Of a stretch of 64,000 nt of DNA, positions 21,185 through 36,151 are shown piece after piece. Made by a program: the position numbers and the translations under genes. Positions within the stretch are counted from its first letter, which is position 1, and each line of letters begins with the position of its first letter. The notes beneath the pieces are model-generated. The model did not search any database. It was not told the origin of the DNA and saw only the letters and a program-made list of their open reading frames with translations. Source of the DNA: Deinococcota bacterium (GTDB taxonomy: Bacteria > Deinococcota > Deinococci > Deinococcales > Thermaceae); NCBI GenBank assembly GCA_041695225.1, contig JBGFRI010000038.1, positions 1-64,000 on the forward strand, in the 5' to 3' direction.

Positions 21185-22579
21185 TTAGCCTGGCCTTCGG
21201 GGCTCAAGCCCACTCCCTGCTGGCCGACCAGATACTCTGTCCAGCAGCCACCCTGCCCCGTTCCACCCCGAAAGCATGGAGAGTGAAACCCCGCCTCCGG
21301 GGTGGACAGTTCCACCCACTTGCACCAAATTCCGCAGGCCCGCTATTTCCCAGCCGGGGCGCAAGGCCCCGAGTAGACCATGCGGGGCCCGACCGTACAC
21401 TGCTCCACGGTAGGCGGTACGGCTGTAATCCAGCGGACTGAAGGCTCTCCACTCGGCGATGGGCAGGGTACGAACTTGCCACAACCTGTGCAGCAAATGT
21501 TGCGCGTACTCCTGGCGCTTCGGCTCGAGCTCCCGAGCCTCGATATTTGCATGTGGCAAACTAGGCACGTTTACCAGCAAAAAGGCCGCGTTGGCATCGG
21601 TGTGCAGGTACAGGGTGGGGTTTTGAGGCCAGCGCCCCGCGGAAATTTCGCGCCATTCTGCTGCGTAGTCCGACGAGAAATAGATCTGATGCCCCAGAGG
21701 AACCGGCTCAGAGAGTCTCATCGGCACTGCAAAACCAGCCACTCCCAGTGCATGGCGGGGAAGGGGCAGGCCCAGCCACTGCAAGGTAAAGTGCCGGTCA
21801 GCCGACGAGACGTAAAGGTCGGCGCTGTGCCAGCCCTGGTCGGTCTGCAAAGCTCCAATACGGTCTGGCAGGCGTTGCATCTGCCGAACCTTGGCACCGA
21901 ACACAAACTCGATGCCTTGCGCCTGGGCCAGTCCAAACAGGTGGTCGGCCAGCGCCCGCATACCACCTGCCAGGTGAAAGACCCCCAGACCCAGCTCGAC
22001 CCAGACAATGTTGTGCAGGACTGCCGGGGCCAGGTAGGGGTTGGCCCCCAGATAGGTCGCGAACCGCAGAAAAAAAGGCGTAAGGTAAGGGCCCGACTGC
22101 ACCAGGCGCGCCAGCGATTGCAAGGGACGAGCCCGCATACCGTGGCGCAGGCCATACGTTACCAGCGAGAGGGTCTGGGGTGGGGGGGCAAAAATGAAGG
22201 TATCGCTGGCCCCTTCGTAGATGGTTTTTGCTTCTGCTAGCAAGCGCCGGTAGTCGCGGGCTTCCTGAAGTGAAAGCTGGGAGATGCTCGCTTCTAAATC
22301 CAGCTCGGGGGCAAACACCCGGCCGTCGGGCCAGGTATAATGGGTGAGTGGCGAGACAGGCTGAGCTTCAGGCAGGCTCGAGCCAAACGCACCACTGATC
22401 ATCCGGGGAATTTCAGGCATGGTCAGGACGGTAGGCCCGGTAGGCACCCCGCTCCAACCTATGGCTTTGCCCCCTGGCTGGTCGAATTGTTCTATAACCG
22501 TTACGGTTAGTCCCGCCCTGCGCAGGCGCAAGGCTGCCGCTAGCCCGCTAAAGCCCGCCCCCACCACAATGGCCTTCAT
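21185..22579 (-). CDS. crtD: Carotenoid desaturase (CrtD/CrtI family)
   Basis: GAGFSGL FAD motif, GPTVLTMP, GGTVHPGGGV; last gene of cruF-cruD-cruC operon. Confidence 0.75.
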   Translation of the reverse strand: MKAIVVGAGFSGLAAALRLRRAGLTVTVIEQFDQPGGKAIGWSGVPTGPTVLTMPEIPRMISGAFGSSLPEAQPVSPLTHYTWPDGRVFAPELDLEASISQLSLQEARDYRRLLAEAKTIYEGASDTFIFAPPPQTLSLVTYGLRHGMRARPLQSLARLVQSGPYLTPFFLRFATYLGANPYLAPAVLHNIVWVELGLGVFHLAGGMRALADHLFGLAQAQGIEFVFGAKVRQMQRLPDRIGALQTDQGWHSADLYVSSADRHFTLQWLGLPLPRHALGVAGFAVPMRLSEPVPLGHQIYFSSDYAAEWREISAGRWPQNPTLYLHTDANAAFLLVNVPSLPHANIEARELEPKRQEYAQHLLHRLWQVRTLPIAEWRAFSPLDYSRTAYRGAVYGRAPHGLLGALRPGWEIAGLRNLVQVGGTVHPGGGVSLSMLSGWNGAGWLLDRVSGRPAGSGLEPRRPG

Positions 22580-23655
22580 CGGCTATATTCTCGCCCCTTC
22601 CAGGTGTAACTTTTTTGCCCAGACCGCAAATAGATGGGCGCGGCGAAGATGGGGGCCAGCGGAACCAGCACCACTTCCCACCACTTGCGCCCGGTCTTGA
22701 AGCCTAGCAGCAAACGCTCCAGAAGGCCCATTCCTGCCACCAACAGCCACAGGGGGTTCGCCAGCCCCAAAGGCCAGCACAATGTGTAGGCCAGCAGGTG
22801 ACCCAGATACGACAGGGCCAGAATAGCCCGGCTACGCCCGTGGAACTCGATCAGGTTCTTGCCAAGCCCCTCGACAATCTCGGCAAAGCCCCGGTACATT
22901 CGCACTGCTACCAGGCCCCCGCCCAGGGCTAATGCAAGGCGCTCGCCGGCAGCTTTGGTTCTTTGCGCCAGCCGAACATCCTCCAACACCTCGCCCCGAA
23001 CTGCCGCGTGTCCCCCCGAAGCCAGGTAGGCCTGGCGGGTGAAAGCCATCACCTGCCCGTTGGCCGCTGCCGCCGCCGGAAAGGGCGTAGAAATCAATGG
23101 ATAGGGCAGATAACACAGCAGTACATTGTCAATCAGCGGCAGCAAAACCCGCTCAGGCAGGCTGGTAGTGATCTGGCGAGGATACACCGAAACCAGCCCG
23201 GCTTTCTCCTGCTCCATACGAGCCATAACGGCATTAACCCCCAGAGGGCCCCAGCGCACGTCGGCATCGGTGAAGAGCAGTACCTCACCCCGGGCAGCCT
23301 GGGCCAGTTGATGGCAGGCCCAGGCCTTGCCCATCCAGCCCTGGGGCCTGGGCTGGCCCGCCATCAGGCGTACTCGGGCGTCCTGGCGGCTCTGCTGCTC
23401 AACAATCTGGGCGGTTGTATCGGTGGACTGGTCGTCGAGTACCAGAATCTCGTCCACCTCTTGGAGCAGCAGCCCGGGCAGGGTTTCTAACAGGTTGTGG
23501 GCCTCGTTGCGGGCAGGAACCAGTAGCGAGACCATAGGGTGCCTGCCTCGAGGCTTCCTCTGTTGTAAGACCGGGAAGGCCAGCATGTTGAACAACAAAA
23601 TAAGAAGCTTAAGGCCCAGCCAGGCCAGTACCATGAAGAGCAGGAGGTTTAGCAT
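22576..23655 (-). CDS. cruC: Carotenoid glycosyltransferase (GT2)
   Basis: VPARNE, DDQSTD, GWMGKAWAC, FTDAD, ANGQ, EDV. Confidence 0.8.
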   Translation of the reverse strand: MLNLLLFMVLAWLGLKLLILLFNMLAFPVLQQRKPRGRHPMVSLLVPARNEAHNLLETLPGLLLQEVDEILVLDDQSTDTTAQIVEQQSRQDARVRLMAGQPRPQGWMGKAWACHQLAQAARGEVLLFTDADVRWGPLGVNAVMARMEQEKAGLVSVYPRQITTSLPERVLLPLIDNVLLCYLPYPLISTPFPAAAAANGQVMAFTRQAYLASGGHAAVRGEVLEDVRLAQRTKAAGERLALALGGGLVAVRMYRGFAEIVEGLGKNLIEFHGRSRAILALSYLGHLLAYTLCWPLGLANPLWLLVAGMGLLERLLLGFKTGRKWWEVVLVPLAPIFAAPIYLRSGQKSYTWKGREYSR

Positions 23656-23806
23656 TTATATGAGCAGTGGTTGTTCTCAGCTCGGCCGAGCGCTCTTCTC
23701 CCCAACCCAGAGTTCAGTCGATACCAGAGCCGTTTCATCCTGTCCAACCCACAAGGTCGACAGGCTGCATACAGTTAAGCAGGACAACGCCCGCAGACCA
23801 GAGCAC

Positions 23807-24481
23807 TCAAAGCCTCCTGATAAGTCTGCCAAGTGCAGCGCCCCAGCCGGCCATGCGCTCGTGGGTGCTTCTGCGTCCCGCAATGTGGAGGGCGAAGCCA
23901 GGTAGTGGAGCTTCGGCAGGTGAGGTGCGAATTTGGTCGTCCAGGTCGCTCAGCATCTGCCCCAGTCTTTGCTGCAACAGATATAAATCCGGCCCCAGGG
24001 GCTCACCAAATACCAGGTAGGCTTCGGCAAACTCATGTCCGCGAAGCACCACCCTCGAGGCCACCGGCACCAGCGCTACACCTGTTTTTTCGGCAAGCCA
24101 GACCGGTCCTTTGCTCAGCTTCCCCACTGGACCCGGTGCGCGCAACTCGCCTTCGGGAAAGACAACCAGTGTTTCACCTCTTTTCAGCGCCCGCAAAGCA
24201 TCCCGTGGCCTGCCGGCCGAGACCGTGTCTAGCTGCTTGAAAAAGGGAAACTCCTCTAAGCGCCTCTCCCCCACCACAACCTTGAAAGGCCGCCGCTGGT
24301 ACAATAGCAAGACCGGAAGCAAGTAGCCATCCCACCAGGAGTGGTGGTTCCCAGCCAGTACACAGGCCTGGTCGGGAAGGCTCCCTTGAACCCATACCCC
24401 ACGCAGACCCTGCCGTACCGTACGGCGAAAGAGGACCTTGAAGAGCGCAGCCAGCAGCCGGTCTCTGGGGCGCATTAGCAC
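23807..24481 (-). CDS. cruD: Carotenoid glycoside acyltransferase (PlsC family)
   Basis: NHHSWWDG, FPEG; carotenoid context. Confidence 0.78.
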   Translation of the reverse strand: MLMRPRDRLLAALFKVLFRRTVRQGLRGVWVQGSLPDQACVLAGNHHSWWDGYLLPVLLLYQRRPFKVVVGERRLEEFPFFKQLDTVSAGRPRDALRALKRGETLVVFPEGELRAPGPVGKLSKGPVWLAEKTGVALVPVASRVVLRGHEFAEAYLVFGEPLGPDLYLLQQRLGQMLSDLDDQIRTSPAEAPLPGFALHIAGRRSTHERMAGWGAALGRLIRRL

Positions 24482-25626
24482 ACCCGCCTTTCATTAACTG
24501 CTCCTTGGCTGCGGGTCAAAAAGCCCCACCAGGCCAGTGTGTTCATAGCCAGGCCACAGACTATCGCAGCCGGCCAGAAACCCAGCAGGGCCAGACCGAC
24601 AGGAAGAAAAAGGGCCTCGAGGCGGTAGGCCCAACCAAACGAGGTTTCTTCGAGCAGCCCGGGTCCCAGCCGCGCATACATCCAAGAAATCACAAAGCCC
24701 ACCGCGAACCACGAAAGGTAATTCTGGATGGGAGCCCCATACCAGACCGGGTTGGGGTCCTGCCAGGTCCAGAAACCTTTGGCAGGCATGATGGCCTCCA
24801 GACCCAGATCCCAGGCAACTACCAGCAAACCCGTTAGCCAGGGCCGGCCTCCGGCCAGCAGATGAGCGGACAAAACCATGGCAAACCAGCCCAGCGGCAC
24901 CAGTAAGGGCACCCCCAGAACACTTGGTGGCGGGGCGCCGTCGTAGCTGTAAAGGCCGAAAGGAAGGCCGGTCATGCTGCCCATCAACTCGATGCCCAGG
25001 CCAAAAGTAAAGGCCAGGCCGGCAAGCAGAAATATGCGTGGTCCAACCCTGCCCCAGCCCCAGAGCAAGGCTGCCAGGCTAATCAGGACAATCTGGGTAG
25101 TGCTAATGATGGCAAAGCCTTCGGGCCAGAGCGGAACGGGAATTCTCACCAGCACGGCCAGAACCAGCAGCACCATCCACGCTCTCAGGTGCCGACGCAC
25201 CCAGGCAAGCCGGCTAAGGGCCGCCGGGCTTCCCAGCAACCAGGTAGCCTGCGCCGATGCCAAGGCCGCCAGGGTTATCCAGACCCAGAGCACAGCATGG
25301 GCCTGCCACCACCAGGCCCCCAGGCCTCCCACCAAAACACCTGTGGCCGCCGCCAATAGCCAGCTTTTTCGAGCAGCCCACAGCAGGTCTGCACCCCAGG
25401 CAGCGAGCAAAGCCAGGGCCGAGCCCATCACCGCAAGGGCCAGTCCAGTCGGCGCCGGCCAGTCCAGCCTCAGCAAGACCGCCCCTGTCAGGGCCAGTCC
25501 TAGACCACCCAAACCGCCCAGCACACGCAGCCAGAAGCTGCCGGGAGCGTCTGGCCACAGATGCCTTGTTCTGGCTGTTATGGCCAGGGCCGCCAAAGCC
25601 GTAATCAGAACCACAGAGAAATCCAT
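24475..25626 (-). CDS. cruF: Carotenoid 1,2-hydratase-type membrane protein (CruF family)
   Basis: GLPFGLYSY, GVPLLVPLGW, WDLGLE, PIQNYLSWF. Confidence 0.8.
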   Translation of the reverse strand: MDFSVVLITALAALAITARTRHLWPDAPGSFWLRVLGGLGGLGLALTGAVLLRLDWPAPTGLALAVMGSALALLAAWGADLLWAARKSWLLAAATGVLVGGLGAWWWQAHAVLWVWITLAALASAQATWLLGSPAALSRLAWVRRHLRAWMVLLVLAVLVRIPVPLWPEGFAIISTTQIVLISLAALLWGWGRVGPRIFLLAGLAFTFGLGIELMGSMTGLPFGLYSYDGAPPPSVLGVPLLVPLGWFAMVLSAHLLAGGRPWLTGLLVVAWDLGLEAIMPAKGFWTWQDPNPVWYGAPIQNYLSWFAVGFVISWMYARLGPGLLEETSFGWAYRLEALFLPVGLALLGFWPAAIVCGLAMNTLAWWGFLTRSQGAVNERRVC

Positions 25627-25627
25627 C

Positions 25628-26815
25628 TCAGCCTCGAGCCCACCCACCCAGGCGAAGCCTGCTCACATCCAGGGCGGCAGCAGCAAAGGCAGGAATACAA
25701 ACACTGGACATGATCTGAAGGTCCTGAAGCAGGCTGGTCTCCTCGTCCAAAAAGCGCAGGACGCGCTGTGGAGGATTTTTGCGAAACAGATCACTAAAGA
25801 TTTGCTTACCAGGTGCGCGGTGATGGGCCAGTACGTTCAGAAGTACGCTATCCATATAGGCATGCCTGTGGTGGGTTGGTTCTGGGTAAAACGGCTGCCC
25901 GGTCGCGATTAGCGCTCGGGCAATGCTTCGGGACTGCTTCTGGATGCGCTGGAAAGTGTAGCCGGTCGAAGGCTTGGTGCGACCCCCTGCCATTCCGATG
26001 TTCATCACATGGGGGCTTGGCTGGCGGCTAAAGGGGGCATCGGTCATGGGGATGATGCCAGACTCGGTCTGTTGGATCTCATAGCGCTTTATGCCCAGCC
26101 AGCGCCCCAGATACTCACGCAGCCCAGCATCATACGCCTCGGGCAGCAGGAGTTCCGCCGAAAACACGGTGTATTCCACCAGTGCAGTGTGGGAATCGAA
26201 AGGCAACACGTAGCCAAAGCAGGCCTCGCCATGCTGTTCAACCCGAAAATCCATAATGGTCGCCGCCGCAGTTTCAAAGGCTGGGCTGAGGGTTTGAACC
26301 ACCCAGCCCTTAAAGTGTTGTAGCAGGTAGTGATGTCTGGGGCTTTTGGGTGCGGCCTTATACAGGCTGCTAAAGACCCACTTTCCGGTAAAGGTCTGCC
26401 CGTTTAGCTCTACTGCAGCCCCGCCGCCAGTCTCCTGAATATGGGAGACGGGGCCATACCTGAGGGTGATATTGCGCTGCTGCAAAAGCCACCGGTGCAT
26501 AAAGGCATAGAGATCTTCACCCCGGATCATTTTGTAGACATAGGGGGCAATGGCCAGACGCTGGGAAATTCCCTGGCCATGAAACCAGATATGGCTCCAT
26601 TTACGAAAAACCACCTCTTCGAACGGATTATCTCCCGCTTCCCAAAAACACCAGGTGCGGTCGTTGGTGGTTTTTGGCGCAAGATCCAGCAACAATATCT
26701 TCTTATCCTGGAGGCCTGCTTGCACCAGGTGATAAGCCAGGCTCAGACCGGCTGCCCCCGCTCCCACGATAATGTAGTCGTAATGCTCACTCACTCTATA
26801 CAGGCTACGTTGCAC
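25628..26815 (-). CDS. crtY: Lycopene beta-cyclase family protein
   Basis: GAGAAGLSLA, NDRTWCFW, QHFKGW, MDFRV, KPSTGYTF. Confidence 0.88.
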   Translation of the reverse strand: MQRSLYRVSEHYDYIIVGAGAAGLSLAYHLVQAGLQDKKILLLDLAPKTTNDRTWCFWEAGDNPFEEVVFRKWSHIWFHGQGISQRLAIAPYVYKMIRGEDLYAFMHRWLLQQRNITLRYGPVSHIQETGGGAAVELNGQTFTGKWVFSSLYKAAPKSPRHHYLLQHFKGWVVQTLSPAFETAAATIMDFRVEQHGEACFGYVLPFDSHTALVEYTVFSAELLLPEAYDAGLREYLGRWLGIKRYEIQQTESGIIPMTDAPFSRQPSPHVMNIGMAGGRTKPSTGYTFQRIQKQSRSIARALIATGQPFYPEPTHHRHAYMDSVLLNVLAHHRAPGKQIFSDLFRKNPPQRVLRFLDEETSLLQDLQIMSSVCIPAFAAAALDVSRLRLGGWARG

Positions 26816-27255
26816 CAGCAGGAACGCTCTAGCCGGGCTTACAAAGTTTCCCGCGGACAGTAGACTAAGTCCTCTGTTGCTCGGCAGACACTAGGGCAAA
26901 GTGAGAAGCGGTTAATTTTGCCATACTTGATACTCACAGCATGTGCCATAAGAGCAAGCTGCGATCCAGGACTGCCCGCAAATTTCGATTGATACCAGCT
27001 TTACCTCGAAAGTCAGCCTTTGTCTGCTTTTAGAGGCCCCTCATCGCGTGGCCCCGATTAAACAATGCTCTCTATCGCTTATCTGTTAGCATCGCAACCT
27101 ATTTACACCGCTAAAAAACCCCGGTCCCGCGCCCTGTGTAAACAGCACAGTAAATAGAGAAGGGAGCTAGGCAGGCTTGGCATAAGGGACCGTTTAGACA
27201 CTCTGGACATCCCAGACTGAAGCACAATGTTGCCATGCTTAAGACTGATGGACAA

Positions 27256-28788
27256 TCACACCTGGTTTCGGCTCAAATCCTTTAGCACCACCCTGGCTGC
27301 GTTACGCCCGCTCGCACCCATGATGCCCCCGCCCGGATGGGTGCTGGCCCCGGTCAGATAGAGCCCTTTCAGGCCGGGATACTTGTACTCGTGAGCCCCC
27401 AGCCAGGGCCGCAGCATAAACATCTGATCCAGGCTCATCTCGAGGTGCATCACATTTCCAGCAGGCATGGCGAACTCGTTTTCTAACCACAGTGGGGTCT
27501 GCACCAGTTCGGCCACAATTTTGCCACGAATGTCGGGGTCGAAGCGCTCGAAACTCTTTATCACGCCCTCCCTGGCCTCCTCGGCCCTGGTTTCCCACGT
27601 TCCCGAGGCCAGCCTGTAGGGGTAGTACTGCGCCCACAGCCACAGCGTCTCGCCGCCCGGCGGGGCCAGCGTTTCGTCCACCGCGCTAAAACTCATGGCG
27701 ATAAGGGGTGGGTCGCGGGTAGGCTGTCCCGAAAGGTAGTCGCCATAGGCCCGGTTTAATTGCATTTCATCGGTGATGAGCAGCCCCAGCCCAATGCGCG
27801 CCTCGTCGCCAGAGTGGGTCTGGTAACGCACCTTCTGCGAAAGCCCCAGCCGAATAACCAGGCCAAAACCGTTGCCAACCCGCAAGCCCTTAGCCGCTTC
27901 GGGCGTTTTGTGCTCTGGCAACATCCCAATGGTCTTCTGGATATGCGAGCCCGAGACTACCGCCCGTGCGCTCACGGTCTGCCCATCCACAAGGTGTATT
28001 CCAACAGCTTTATTGCCGTTAGTCATGATCTCCGAGACAGGGCTATTCAGGTAAACCTTCCCACTTTTAGCCTTAATCGCCCGTACCAGCGCCAGCGAGA
28101 GACCGCCCGAGCCGCCCCTGGGCCGGGCCACCCCACCCAGGTGATAGAGGGGGTGCCATAGTAGAAACGGTGAAGACAGCGGGTCGAAAGGGGGCGGGCC
28201 GGACTGCGCGGCCATCCATACCAGCGGCGCACGCACCCGTTCGTCGCTAAAATACTCTTTTGCTACTTCGCCATAGGGCCGCAAAATCTGTGGCAAGCGC
28301 TTCCGCCAGTCGCGGCCAAGCCCCGAGCCCAGAATCATCTTTCTCCCCAGGTTCATAGGGTTGGGAGATGCCAGGAATGACTCTTTAACGGCATTAGCAA
28401 AAGGTAGCCAGTCGCCCACAAAACGCCGGTAAGCCTCACCCTGCCCCGGATACCGTTCGTTTAACTCGGCCGCAGTGCGCCCTGGATCGCGCCAGACAAA
28501 CCAGCTCTGCTGTCCATCGGAGGCATGAAAAAGCGGGTCGAGCTCGATATACTCCAGCCCATACCTATAGAGCTCTAACTCACTCGGGATGGGCGTCAGG
28601 CGGATCAGAATATGGGCACTGCCTCCCAGATCGAAGCGAAACCCTTCGTAATCCACGGTCGAGACCGCTCCACCCGGTACGTTGCGCCGCTCGAACACAC
28701 CTACCCTGTACCCAGCCCTGGCCAGGTAGGCCGCCGTCACCAGTGCATTGTGCCCCGCGCCCACCACCACCACATCGAAATCCGGCAT
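27256..28788 (-). CDS. crtO: Carotene ketolase / phytoene dehydrogenase-like oxidoreductase (CrtO type)
   Basis: [33 protein letters not shown]; adjacent to carotenoid operon. Confidence 0.75.
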   Translation of the reverse strand: MPDFDVVVVGAGHNALVTAAYLARAGYRVGVFERRNVPGGAVSTVDYEGFRFDLGGSAHILIRLTPIPSELELYRYGLEYIELDPLFHASDGQQSWFVWRDPGRTAAELNERYPGQGEAYRRFVGDWLPFANAVKESFLASPNPMNLGRKMILGSGLGRDWRKRLPQILRPYGEVAKEYFSDERVRAPLVWMAAQSGPPPFDPLSSPFLLWHPLYHLGGVARPRGGSGGLSLALVRAIKAKSGKVYLNSPVSEIMTNGNKAVGIHLVDGQTVSARAVVSGSHIQKTIGMLPEHKTPEAAKGLRVGNGFGLVIRLGLSQKVRYQTHSGDEARIGLGLLITDEMQLNRAYGDYLSGQPTRDPPLIAMSFSAVDETLAPPGGETLWLWAQYYPYRLASGTWETRAEEAREGVIKSFERFDPDIRGKIVAELVQTPLWLENEFAMPAGNVMHLEMSLDQMFMLRPWLGAHEYKYPGLKGLYLTGASTHPGGGIMGASGRNAARVVLKDLSRNQV

Positions 28789-29240
28789 CTCCGGCGAATG
28801 ATACCGCAGACTACCCCGCAAAAATACTGCCACTAACGCTAGATGAACTGCACCGCCGGCACCGACTGCTTTGGGATGCAGACGTAAGTGATGCCCCCCA
28901 ATTGTTTTTTTCGCCTAGAGCCAGTTGGGGGTATAAGTCTCTCCCCCTCGAGGTTTCTGCCCAGTACAGATGACCATGGCTGATGTGTTGCGAGCAAAAG
29001 ACTAGTGCGGACAGGGAATACCCAGGCAACAGCGGCCTCTGCCACTCCGGGAAAGGAGGCCCGCTACTTGAACTCGAGGCCATTCCACTTTTGCAGGTCG
29101 CCTGGTAATGATTCGTTAAGCTCTTGGGGCTAAGGCAGTCCACCAGTCAACTCTTCCCGTTAGGTACTGGCCTGCTAGGGCTTTTCAGTCGAGACTCTGG
29201 ATCGCAGAGCGTACAGTGCAGCCTCCTTTGATCTCCCTGT

Positions 29241-29681
29241 TTACCTCAGGTTCAGCACCGGGCAGTTGTCAAGCTGTACGGCAGTGGCCGGGCCAGGGGT
29301 GCGGATACGGTACTCACCTGCGCTGCCGGCTTCCTTGGTGCTGGCCACCAGGTTGCCGTGGTCGGTATAGACCAGGATGCGCTCTGCTACTCCAGTAATA
29401 CGCAAGCGCAGCTCGTAGCTGCCGATGCCCACCTGTACGATCTGCCCGGCGCACCCATTCGGCAGGCTCAGGGCAGGCCCGTTCGACAAGCTCAGGGCAG
29501 GCCCATTCGGCAGGCTGCTAGGGACCTGGGTGGCGGGAGCGGTATGCTGTGAGACCGCCGGCGCCTGGTCTGGTTGGGGCGGTGCGGCCAGAAATACGAA
29601 ATAGGCCGCGATGCCTAGCAGCAGCACAATACGAATTGGGGTGTACCTTCTATCGTTCATGGCTCTTCTTAAGGGTAGCAA
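29241..29681 (-). CDS. Hypothetical membrane-anchored protein with inserted 8-aa repeats
   Basis: N-terminal TM; SLPNGPAL/SLSNGPAL repeats encoded by 24-bp elements. Confidence 0.7.
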   Translation of the reverse strand: MLPLRRAMNDRRYTPIRIVLLLGIAAYFVFLAAPPQPDQAPAVSQHTAPATQVPSSLPNGPALSLSNGPALSLPNGCAGQIVQVGIGSYELRLRITGVAERILVYTDHGNLVASTKEAGSAGEYRIRTPGPATAVQLDNCPVLNLR

Positions 29682-30140
29682 ACACCCGGGGCGAACGGTG
29701 GGTCAGGTGACCGTGAAAGCAGTGGGGAGAGTGGCAAAGGTCTAAGGTCAAGGGTCACAGGTCGCAAGTCACAGGTCGAAGGTCGAAGGCAAAGGTTGCA
29801 AGCTACAAGTCGAAAGTCACAGGTCAAAGGTCTAAATACTTTCGACCTTCGACATTTTTGAAGGAGGTATAGCCTGGTAGCTTATTTGCACTGAAGCCAC
29901 AGGGTCAGCATGCGAGCTGCTTGTCGGCTAAGCAACGCGCAACTGGTCGAGCAGTAATGGTTCTAGACTGCTGGCAAAGGGCGCGCCAGCTAGGCTGGCC
30001 TCCAAGCGCACACAAGACGCTGGTTCTAGCCTGACCCTGTGGGTCTATTGGCATCTGGTTCACCACCCAGGGAAGCAATCGGTGCATGACCCGTAGGCGC
30101 TAATCTGGGAATCATCTGCAGTCATTTGCGGCCAGTCGGC

Positions 30141-30170
30141 AAATCCACCCCAGGTGGAGGGGTGGATTTA
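30141..30170 (-). terminator. Hairpin downstream of tRNA-Lys
   Basis: aaatccacccc-aggtgga-ggggtggattt. Confidence 0.6.
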
Positions 30171-30180
30171 TGAGTCCTGG

Positions 30181-30256
30181 TGGTGGACCGCACAGGACTT
30201 GAACCTGTGACCAACCGATTAAAAGTCGGTTGCTCTACCAACTGAGCTAGCGGTCC
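30181..30256 (-). tRNA. tRNA-Lys (TTT)
   Basis: Cloverleaf on minus strand, TTT anticodon, CCA end. Confidence 0.97.
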
Positions 30257-30362
30257 ATCTTGCTTGTGAAACCTCTAGTCCCCTCAAGCCTTAGAGATTA
30301 TAGGCAAAGCACCACGCTATGTCTATAGGGGCAATTTATCGAGCAACGGTCTGTAAAGAGCC

Positions 30363-30389
30363 GGCCGGAGGGCTAGCCACCCTCCGGCC
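30363..30389 (-). terminator. Hairpin after caa3 oxidase operon
   Basis: ggccggaggg-ctagcca-ccctccggcc. Confidence 0.6.
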
Positions 30390-30401
30390 TTGCAGTCCTG
30401 G

Positions 30402-33907
<3,506 letters not shown>

Positions 33908-33992
33908 TCAGAGACCCTCCCCATTTTTTTACTCAGGACATTCTAAGTGCCTTCGGTATAAATCCACAAGACGACCACCGGCCAAGACCGCT

Positions 33993-34883
33993 TTACTGCC
34001 AGAGGGCCCGGTCCACTGCCATAGCCACAAAGAGCAGAGCGAGATAGAGCATCGAGTACTTGTACAGCAAGATTATCCCCCGAGGCTTCAGGGTCCGGAA
34101 TAGCTGCAGGCTGCGCTGCAGCAGTACGCCGTTGAGCCCTAGCGCCAGTACCAGGTAAAACCAGCCCAGCTCGCCCATCAGCACCGGAATCAGGGTGATG
34201 ACAGTAGTCAGGATGGCATAAAGCCAGATCTGCAGCACGGTTTCGCGCTCCCCGCGCACCACCGGCAGCATGGGAATCCCAGCTCTGGCGTAGTCGTCTT
34301 TGATCAGCAAGGCCAGCGCCCAGAAGTGCACCGGCGTCCAGAAGAAGATAATCAAAAACAAGTATCCGGCAAACAGGCTCAGATCCCCGGTAACCGCAGC
34401 CCAGCCCACCAGGGGCGGGAATGCCCCGGCCGCACCGCCAATTACGATGTTGCTCCAGAAGCGGCGCTTCATGTAGAGGGTATAGACCAGCACATACCAG
34501 ACCAGCCCAGCCATAGCCAACAGGGCGGCGGTCAGGTTGGCCCCCCACCATAGCAAGACGAAGGAAAGGACCATCAGGACGACGGCAAACACGGTGGCAT
34601 GGCCACGGCTAATTCGCTCGGTTACGGTGGGGCGAGTGGCGGTGCGCCGCATCTGGCCATCAATATCGCGGTCAATAACCATGTTAAAGGCGTTGGCCGC
34701 GCCCGCAGCCATATAGCCGCCAACAAAAACCGCTACAAACAAGCTCAGGCCAGGCCACCCCCCAGCAGCAATAAACATTGCCATCAGGGTTGTGAAAAGC
34801 AGCAGGCTGATTACTCGAGGCTTGGTCAGCCAGAAATAGTCGCGCCAGGTTGCGCGTTCGGGATGGCCCACAGACAGCACCAT
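33993..34883 (-). CDS. ctaB: Heme o synthase (protoheme IX farnesyltransferase)
   Basis: [31 protein letters not shown]. Confidence 0.95.
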   Translation of the reverse strand: MVLSVGHPERATWRDYFWLTKPRVISLLLFTTLMAMFIAAGGWPGLSLFVAVFVGGYMAAGAANAFNMVIDRDIDGQMRRTATRPTVTERISRGHATVFAVVLMVLSFVLLWWGANLTAALLAMAGLVWYVLVYTLYMKRRFWSNIVIGGAAGAFPPLVGWAAVTGDLSLFAGYLFLIIFFWTPVHFWALALLIKDDYARAGIPMLPVVRGERETVLQIWLYAILTTVITLIPVLMGELGWFYLVLALGLNGVLLQRSLQLFRTLKPRGIILLYKYSMLYLALLFVAMAVDRALWQ

Positions 34884-34889
34884 AATAGT

Positions 34890-35840
34890 TTACATGGCCT
34901 CACGTGGGGTGGCTTTAGGTTGTTCTTTGGGGCTAAGGCAGAGGGCAGTGACCGTAAGCAGCAGCCAGAAGATAAACATCGCGTCCGAGAGTAGCAGATG
35001 CGGCAGTTGGGTGAACAGGGGGGCTGAGAGCATAACATTAGACATGCCCACCAGTAGCTGCAAAACCACCACCAGTACGATCATGCGGGCGAAGAGCCGG
35101 GTGTGAGGGCTGGGCCTTTGGGCGGCAACCAGACTGACTGCCAAGATGAGATACAGACTCACCAAACCAGCGATAAATGGGTGGTAGATGCGAAGTTGAA
35201 CCAGCAGGTGCTCTCCTGGCGTGAAGGCCCGCCCCACCGCTTCGGCGGTGTTGAGCACCGGAAACAGGGCATCACCCAGCGAAGTGATGGCTCCGGAAGC
35301 CGCTGCTAAAAGGATGCCAATGTAGCCCAAACCCAACGACCAGCCCACCATACCCTGGCCTTTCCATACCGGGCGATGGTCTGGATGCTGCGACCACCAG
35401 GCCGCAAGAGCCAGTGCGCCGATCAAGAAAAGGGTGTTGATCAGGTGAAAGGGAGCCACCACCGCTCGAGCCAGGCTGACATCCTCACCTACCAGTTGAA
35501 ACAACACCAGGCCAGCTCCCAGCAGGCTCTCGGTGATCATGAAAAAAATAGCCAGCCCCGCCCCGAGCCGGGCCAGATGCCCTTTAGGAAAAATCCTTCG
35601 CGACCAGATGACCAGACCAACCGTCAGCAACAAGGCAATGCCGCTGGTAATGCGGTGGAAGAATTCGATAAATGTCTCGTAGCCCTGGAAGGCTGGCAGC
35701 ACCTGGCCATGGCAGGTGGGCCAGTAGGCCCCACAGCCATCGCCCGAGCCGGTAGCCTGTACCACATCGCCCCAGAGGATAACCAGAAGGGTATAAGCTA
35801 CCAGGCCCCAGGCAAAGAAGGTATAGCGACGGTTTTTCAT
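34890..35840 (-). CDS. ctaA: Heme a synthase (COX15/CtaA)
   Basis: GSGDGCGAYWPTCHG, EFFHR, conserved His residues. Confidence 0.9.
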   Translation of the reverse strand: MKNRRYTFFAWGLVAYTLLVILWGDVVQATGSGDGCGAYWPTCHGQVLPAFQGYETFIEFFHRITSGIALLLTVGLVIWSRRIFPKGHLARLGAGLAIFFMITESLLGAGLVLFQLVGEDVSLARAVVAPFHLINTLFLIGALALAAWWSQHPDHRPVWKGQGMVGWSLGLGYIGILLAAASGAITSLGDALFPVLNTAEAVGRAFTPGEHLLVQLRIYHPFIAGLVSLYLILAVSLVAAQRPSPHTRLFARMIVLVVVLQLLVGMSNVMLSAPLFTQLPHLLLSDAMFIFWLLLTVTALCLSPKEQPKATPREAM

Positions 35841-36151
35841 GACACATAGCCCCCGATTGTGAAGACTACAAGGCTGGAGTCAGCACAGCCAGACTATAAG
35901 TACAATTCTCGGGTCCCGATTGAGCGCCATACCACCCTTCAAACAGAGTTAGCATCGGCCAGCTTCAAGCAGTCCCCTGGGCTGGCGGCAACGCGACTCT
36001 GAACAGCCTTAGCAGAACCTTCGGGGCGGATCCGAAACAATGTTATCGGGGCCGCACTTGTTCTATCACTACCGCCTGGATTAGCAGCGAGAACCAAGCC
36101 CTGTACCGCATTTCAGCTCCAAAAGCTGCTATATGGTCTCTGAAAACTGTT

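Noticed and set aside
24974..25912. Long antisense or alternate-frame ORFs (also 1188-1925, 21380-22240, 40189-40932)
   Set aside because: Shadow ORFs of GC-rich genes with no recognisable motifs.
29898..30042. 12-bp inverted repeat (ccacagggtcag) near tRNA-Lys as an element or ncRNA
   Set aside because: No second copy, no integrase and no recognisable RNA family; insufficient support.
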